A stretch of DNA of 26,007 nucleotides from Omnitrophica WOR_2 bacterium RIFCSPLOWO2_12_FULL_51_8 (lineage in GTDB: Bacteria > Omnitrophota > Gorgyraeia > Gygaellales > Profunditerraquicolaceae), in the NCBI GenBank assembly GCA_001805895.1, contig MHHD01000008.1, positions 1-26,007 of the forward strand. Reading direction: 5' to 3'. A program made the translations under genes and the position numbers. Below the pieces are notes generated by a model, which saw only the letters and a list, made by a program, of their open reading frames with translations, did no database searches and was not told where the DNA came from. This document shows, in pieces, positions 21,883-26,007 of this stretch; within the stretch, counting starts at the first letter, position 1; each line of letters begins with the position of its first letter.

Positions 21883-23385
21883 TCATATTCCACGATTAAC
21901 CCGTAATTGATAAACCAGGGTAAGCGCGCTATTAATAAACCAATATAACACCAATCCGGATGGCATGCGATAGAAAATAAAACCGAATAATAATGGCATC
22001 AGGATCAACATCATTTTTTGCTGTTCGGCAGCCGCACCTACGTTGTTTTTAGTCAAAGAAATTTTTTGCTGGATAAACATCCCGATAGCCATTAAAATCG
22101 GCAAAATATTCACTTCGTTATTTAACACAGGCAGAGAAAAAGGCATGGTGAATAAACGGTCCGGCGCAGATAAATCTTTGATCCAAAGGAAATGCGCGCC
22201 TTTTAAGGCCACTGAGCGCATCAGCGCCTGGTATAGAGCGAAAAATATGGGCATCTGTAAAATCAAAGGCAAACAGCCGCCCAGTGGATTTACTTTATGC
22301 TCCCGATAGAGATCCATAATTTCCCGGTTAAGTTTTTGCGGATTGTCTTTATAGGCATTACGCAATGCCTCCACTTTTGGCTGTAAAATTTGCATTTCTT
22401 TCATCGAACGCATTTGTTTTAAGGTAAGTGGATAGAGGATAAGATAAACTGCAAAACTTAATAATACAATCGACCAGCCCCAATTATGCACCAACGCATA
22501 GAAAAATCTTAAAAGTTGCAGGAGCAATTGGGCAATAAAGTCAAAGGTACCGTAATGAATCACTGAAGCCCATTGTTTTTTTACTGCTTCAATTGGCTGT
22601 AACTCTTGAGGTCCCAAATAAATATAAAATTTTTCACTGATACTGGCGCCTGCCGGCAAAATAATTGCTTTGCCGGCAAAACCTGCCTCGGATGTATAGT
22701 TATTGATTTTCTTTACAAAAACATCGCGCGGCCCGGCAGCAGATTCCAGAATTGCGCAAAAGTATTTGTCCCTTACCGCTAAAAATTTAGCGTCGCTGAA
22801 AGAGGCATCTTTCAGTGGATTGAGATGGACAGTCTGATCCTGTTTGCCCACTGCTACGTCTTGATAACGCGCATCCGCATTCTTGGCATCCGAAGTCAAG
22901 GCAGCTAAAATTACCGGCATATTCAAAATTTCAGATTGGACATTTTCAGATTGGACATTTACTTCTAACTCAATGATATATTTGTCGTTATGGAATGTAA
23001 AATGTTTTTTAATCTTTTTAGTTGCGTCTCTTGCTTCAAAAGTAATGCTGTTTTCCGTACTGCCTGTTTTTTTAAAAGTCAGGTTTTTGTCTGCTAATAA
23101 AAACCCGGATTTTAAACTATAGACAGCATTCTGGTACTTGAGGAATGCGACTTCTTGAATCGCCGCCCATGGCTCAATAAAGGTAATTGCATATTTTTGA
23201 TTCTGAAATTTAGAAAAGGCGTGTGGGGGCGGGGCAGCGCCATCTTCCTTCTGCGTGATCGGAAGAGTGATGGGCTTCGATGCAACTCCTTTGTTTTCAA
23301 GATGATATGCCTTAGAAGCAAAAGTTGACCAAGTTAGCAAAATTAAGAATGATAGCGCGATGGCTAAAATCAGTCGTTTTTCCAT
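21883..23385 (-). CDS. yidC: Membrane protein insertase YidC
   Basis: MEKRLILAIALS, YIYLGP, NWGWSI, NPLGGCLP..LQMPIFFALY, PSGLVLYW. Confidence 0.97.
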   Translation of the reverse strand: MEKRLILAIALSFLILLTWSTFASKAYHLENKGVASKPITLPITQKEDGAAPPPHAFSKFQNQKYAITFIEPWAAIQEVAFLKYQNAVYSLKSGFLLADKNLTFKKTGSTENSITFEARDATKKIKKHFTFHNDKYIIELEVNVQSENVQSEILNMPVILAALTSDAKNADARYQDVAVGKQDQTVHLNPLKDASFSDAKFLAVRDKYFCAILESAAGPRDVFVKKINNYTSEAGFAGKAIILPAGASISEKFYIYLGPQELQPIEAVKKQWASVIHYGTFDFIAQLLLQLLRFFYALVHNWGWSIVLLSFAVYLILYPLTLKQMRSMKEMQILQPKVEALRNAYKDNPQKLNREIMDLYREHKVNPLGGCLPLILQMPIFFALYQALMRSVALKGAHFLWIKDLSAPDRLFTMPFSLPVLNNEVNILPILMAIGMFIQQKISLTKNNVGAAAEQQKMMLILMPLLFGFIFYRMPSGLVLYWFINSALTLVYQLRVNRGI

Positions 23386-23391
23386 TTTGTT

Positions 23392-23607
23392 TCAGGTTAA
23401 CGGATCGTATGCGGGTTTTTTACATAAGGGGTGGCAGCGATATATTCTTTGGCTGGCTTTTAAGCTGCCCAGCCAAAAACCATACTTTAAGATCGCCTGC
23501 TGCGCGTACTCTGAGCAACTCGGGCTGAAACGGCAGGAGGGTGGCAGCAATCCCCGGATGAAAAGCTGATAAATCCCTAAGGCGCTGAGAGCTAGTTTAC
23601 CCAGCAT
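23392..23607 (-). CDS. yidD: Membrane protein insertion efficiency factor YidD
   Basis: CRFSPSCSEYA, RIYRCHP, YDP. Confidence 0.95.
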   Translation of the reverse strand: MLGKLALSALGIYQLFIRGLLPPSCRFSPSCSEYAQQAILKYGFWLGSLKASQRIYRCHPLCKKPAYDPLT

Positions 23608-23744
23608 CAGATACTCAGGCGTTTACGCCCTTTGCGCCGGCGGCGCGCTAACAAACGACGACCAGCCCTTGAGGCCATTTTTTTGCGAAACCCGTGCCGG
23701 CGCTTTCCGACGATATTAGTTGGCGTTTTGAGGTTCTTTTTCAT
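23607..23744 (-). CDS. rpmH: 50S ribosomal protein L34 (45 aa)
   Basis: [50 protein letters not shown] overlap with yidD; below the track cutoff. Confidence 0.95.
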   Translation of the reverse strand: MKKNLKTPTNIVGKRRHGFRKKMASRAGRRLLARRRRKGRKRLSI

Positions 23745-23752
23745 GGCATAAA

Positions 23753-23780
23753 ATTATAACAGAAAGCGGACTGAAGTCAA
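23753..23780 (-). promoter_or_regulatory. rpmH promoter
   Basis: TTGACT-16 nt-TATAAT with TGn extended -10. Confidence 0.75.
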
Positions 23781-23818
23781 GGAATTGTTACGCTTCTTTT
23801 GTTGCGCTTCTTTTTTTG

Positions 23819-23846
23819 TTGACGCCACTGAATATTGTTGTATAAT
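23819..23846 (+). promoter_or_regulatory. dnaA promoter
   Basis: TTGACG-16 nt-TATAAT, divergent from rpmH. Confidence 0.7.
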
Positions 23847-23895
23847 ATGGAGGCTTTGTTGTTTTAACTCCGCTATAATTTTTACCGCGTTTTTG

Positions 23896-23937
23896 TTTTC
23901 CACAGAGTTATGCAAGTTGTGGATAAGCTGTGAATTG
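23896..23937. promoter_or_regulatory. DnaA-box cluster upstream of dnaA
   Basis: TTTTCCACA (23896), perfect TGTGGATAA (23918), degenerate TGTGAATTG (23929). Confidence 0.8.
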
Positions 23938-23957
23938 CGGCCCGCAAGATAATCTTT

Positions 23958-25289
23958 ATGGTTGATACCGTCAAAATTTGGCAGCTGGCGCAGGAACAAT
24001 TGAAGGCGCGCCTGGGCGCGGCAATCTTCGATCCCTGGATCCTGCCGCTGAAACCCAAGGCAACGGAAAATGGCGGCTTGACTCTGGAAGCGCCGGATAG
24101 TTTTTTCCGCGACTGGGTGGAACAATATTACCGGCCCGTCTTGCAAGAGACGGTTGACTCCTTAAGCCCCCAGCAAAAATTGCCGCTCAGGCTTGAGGTG
24201 GCTTGTGCCGGAGGGCAGGGAACGGCCCCCGCCGCGAAGATAGAGGCGCGCCCACCCGCGCCATACCCCGGCAACCTTAATCCTCGTTATACCTTTGAAA
24301 ATTTTGTCATTGGCCCTTCCAACCGCCATGCCCACGCTTATTCCCTGGCCGTGGCCAATGCGCCGGCCAAGGCCTATAACCCTTTATTTATTTACGGCGG
24401 AGTGGGCTTGGGTAAGACCCACCTCATCCAGGCCATCTGCCATCAGATCAAAAACGATACCGGCAAAAATTTAAAGAATTGCTATATCTCCTCTGAGCGC
24501 TTCACCAACGAACTGATCGACGCCATCCAGCGGCACTCTACTTCGAGCTTCCGCGGCAAATACCGCAATGCGGACGTCCTAGTGATAGACGATATCCATT
24601 TTATCGCCGGCAAAGAGTCCACGCAGGAAGAATTTTTTCACACCTTTAATACCCTTTACGACGCGCACAAACAAATTATTTTTTCTTCTGACCGCCCCCC
24701 TAAAGAAATCGCGAATTTACAGGACAGGCTCGTATCTCGTTTTGGCTGGGGGCTGACCTGCGATATTCAGCCGCCTGATTTAGAAACCCGGGTAGCTATC
24801 TTGAAAAAGAAAATAGAGCGGGAGCCGGTATCTGTTCCGGATGAGGTTATCTTTTTTATCGCGCAGCTGATCAAAACCAATATCCGCGAGTTAGAGGGGG
24901 CGCTGATTCGCACTATCGCCTATTCCTTGTTAGAGGAAAAGCCCATTTCTTTAGACCTCGCCAAAGAAGTGTTAAAAGACTTATTAAAAGAGACTAAGAA
25001 GCTTATCACTGTGGATTTCATCCAGCGCTGCGTGACCGAAGAATTCGGGCTTTCGCTGCAAGACCTGAAAACCCGGCGCCGCAACAAAACAATCGTTTTA
25101 CCCCGGCAGATTGCTATGTATCTTAGCCGGGAGTTAACGGATTTGTCGTTTCCGGAAATCGGTAATTTTTTTGGCGGGAAAGACCATACCACGGTTTTAC
25201 ACTCTTATAATAAGATTAAAGTTGAAATAAATAACAATGAGGCGCTTAAAGATAGGGTGGAAAGGGTTATCCAGGTAATTAAACAGTAA
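23958..25289 (+). CDS. dnaA: Chromosomal replication initiator DnaA
   Basis: YTFENFVIGPSN, YNPLFIYGGVGLGKTHL, IDDIHF, NIRELEGAL, GGKDHTTVLHS. Confidence 0.99.
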   Translation: MVDTVKIWQLAQEQLKARLGAAIFDPWILPLKPKATENGGLTLEAPDSFFRDWVEQYYRPVLQETVDSLSPQQKLPLRLEVACAGGQGTAPAAKIEARPPAPYPGNLNPRYTFENFVIGPSNRHAHAYSLAVANAPAKAYNPLFIYGGVGLGKTHLIQAICHQIKNDTGKNLKNCYISSERFTNELIDAIQRHSTSSFRGKYRNADVLVIDDIHFIAGKESTQEEFFHTFNTLYDAHKQIIFSSDRPPKEIANLQDRLVSRFGWGLTCDIQPPDLETRVAILKKKIEREPVSVPDEVIFFIAQLIKTNIRELEGALIRTIAYSLLEEKPISLDLAKEVLKDLLKETKKLITVDFIQRCVTEEFGLSLQDLKTRRRNKTIVLPRQIAMYLSRELTDLSFPEIGNFFGGKDHTTVLHSYNKIKVEINNNEALKDRVERVIQVIKQ

Positions 25290-25425
25290 TTGCATAAGAT
25301 ATCCACTCAAACTTTTTCAGCTAATTATTTGAAAAATTTATAGTTAGCCGTTTTTCCACAAATATAAAATCCCTTACGACGATTACGATTTTAATATTTT
25401 ATAATATAAATAAAAGGAGCGGCCA
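25290..25425. other. Probable oriC unwinding region (dnaA-dnaN spacer)
   Basis: DnaA box TTTTCCACA at 25352-25360, period-3 run TAC GAC GAT TAC GAT, then an AT-rich tract. Confidence 0.65.
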
Positions 25426-26007
25426 ATGAAATTAATTGTTAAAAAAGATGTGTTCTTAGAAGGTATTCAAGCAGTGCAAAATGTTATTGATGTAAGATCT
25501 GCCCTGCCAATACTTTCTCATATTTTATTGGAAACCCAGCAAGATAAAATTAAAATGATCGCCACGAATTTGGATATCGGGATAAGTTGTGTAGTGCCTG
25601 TGGATATTCAGGAGGGAGGGGCGATTACTGTACCCGCAAAAAGATTCAGCGATATAATCAAGGAATTACCCGATAATGAAATTACAATCACCACCAAAAA
25701 AAACAACCTAGTGGTTATAGAAACCCCGGCCTGCCAATTTAAAATTATGGGGCTGCCGCGCGAAGAATTCCCCAAACTCCCCGAATTTAAAGACAGTGAA
25801 GTGATTAAACTGGAACAAACGGGGTTAAAAAAGATATTGCAATTAACTTCTTTTGCCGTGTCGAGCGACGAGACCCGTTATATTTTAAACGGGATACTGT
25901 TTAAAATCCTAAAAAACCACCTGATTGTAGTGGCTACGGACGGCAAAAGGCTGGCAGTAGTGGAAAAAAAACTTTCTCAAGAGACGGAACGGGAAATTAG
26001 TATTATT
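25426..26007 (+). CDS. dnaN: DNA polymerase III beta clamp, 5' part (runs off window end)
   Basis: AAGGAG RBS; MKLIVKK...LPILSHILLE...ATNLDIGI...VPAKRF...EEFP...DETRYILNG...VATDGKRLA. Not in the ORF track. Confidence 0.97.
   Translation, partial: MKLIVKKDVFLEGIQAVQNVIDVRSALPILSHILLETQQDKIKMIATNLDIGISCVVPVDIQEGGAITVPAKRFSDIIKELPDNEITITTKKNNLVVIETPACQFKIMGLPREEFPKLPEFKDSEVIKLEQTGLKKILQLTSFAVSSDETRYILNGILFKILKNHLIVVATDGKRLAVVEKKLSQETEREISII

Noticed and set aside
19834-23957. parS site near parAB/oriC
   Set aside because: No TGTTTCACGTGAAACA-like palindrome seen by eye in the window.
1-26007. Prophage or intact IS element
   Set aside because: No integrase, transposase, terminase or structural phage genes recognised.

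Overview
Chromosomal replication-origin region of a bacterium using the standard genetic code; style and gene content would fit a PVC-group/Omnitrophota-like genome, but that is a guess. Right end (+): oriC, dnaA, dnaN (partial). Every gene I accept to the left of oriC is on the minus strand: rpmH-yidD-yidC-jag(N-terminal domain only)-parA-parB-ndk-yicC-gmk-rpoZ-coaC, tRNA-Cys, tRNA-Leu, tRNA-Val, thrS-infC-rpmI-rplT, trkA-trkA-small peptide-trkH (partial). About 10 kb of accessory cargo lies between the three tRNAs: a PvuII-like methylase with a HEAT-repeat nuclease-like partner, two AAA/DUF4143 ATPases, a zeta-like ATPase pair, nucleotidyltransferase pairs and membrane proteins. The main discovery is at 7132-14001. 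It is a tandem array of small cargo cassettes with no recombinase gene in the window, delimited by four copies of one conserved element (L) and three of another (R). Their geometry (22-bp versus 17-bp arms around a GT/AC dinucleotide) resembles large-serine-recombinase att half-sites. The array is anchored on a tRNA-like 3' remnant next to tRNA-Leu, and a frame-conserved peptide runs across the junction. Housekeeping operons also carry several families of hairpin repeats, one of them inserted in frame inside thrS. All family assignments come from motif recognition only; no database searches were run.
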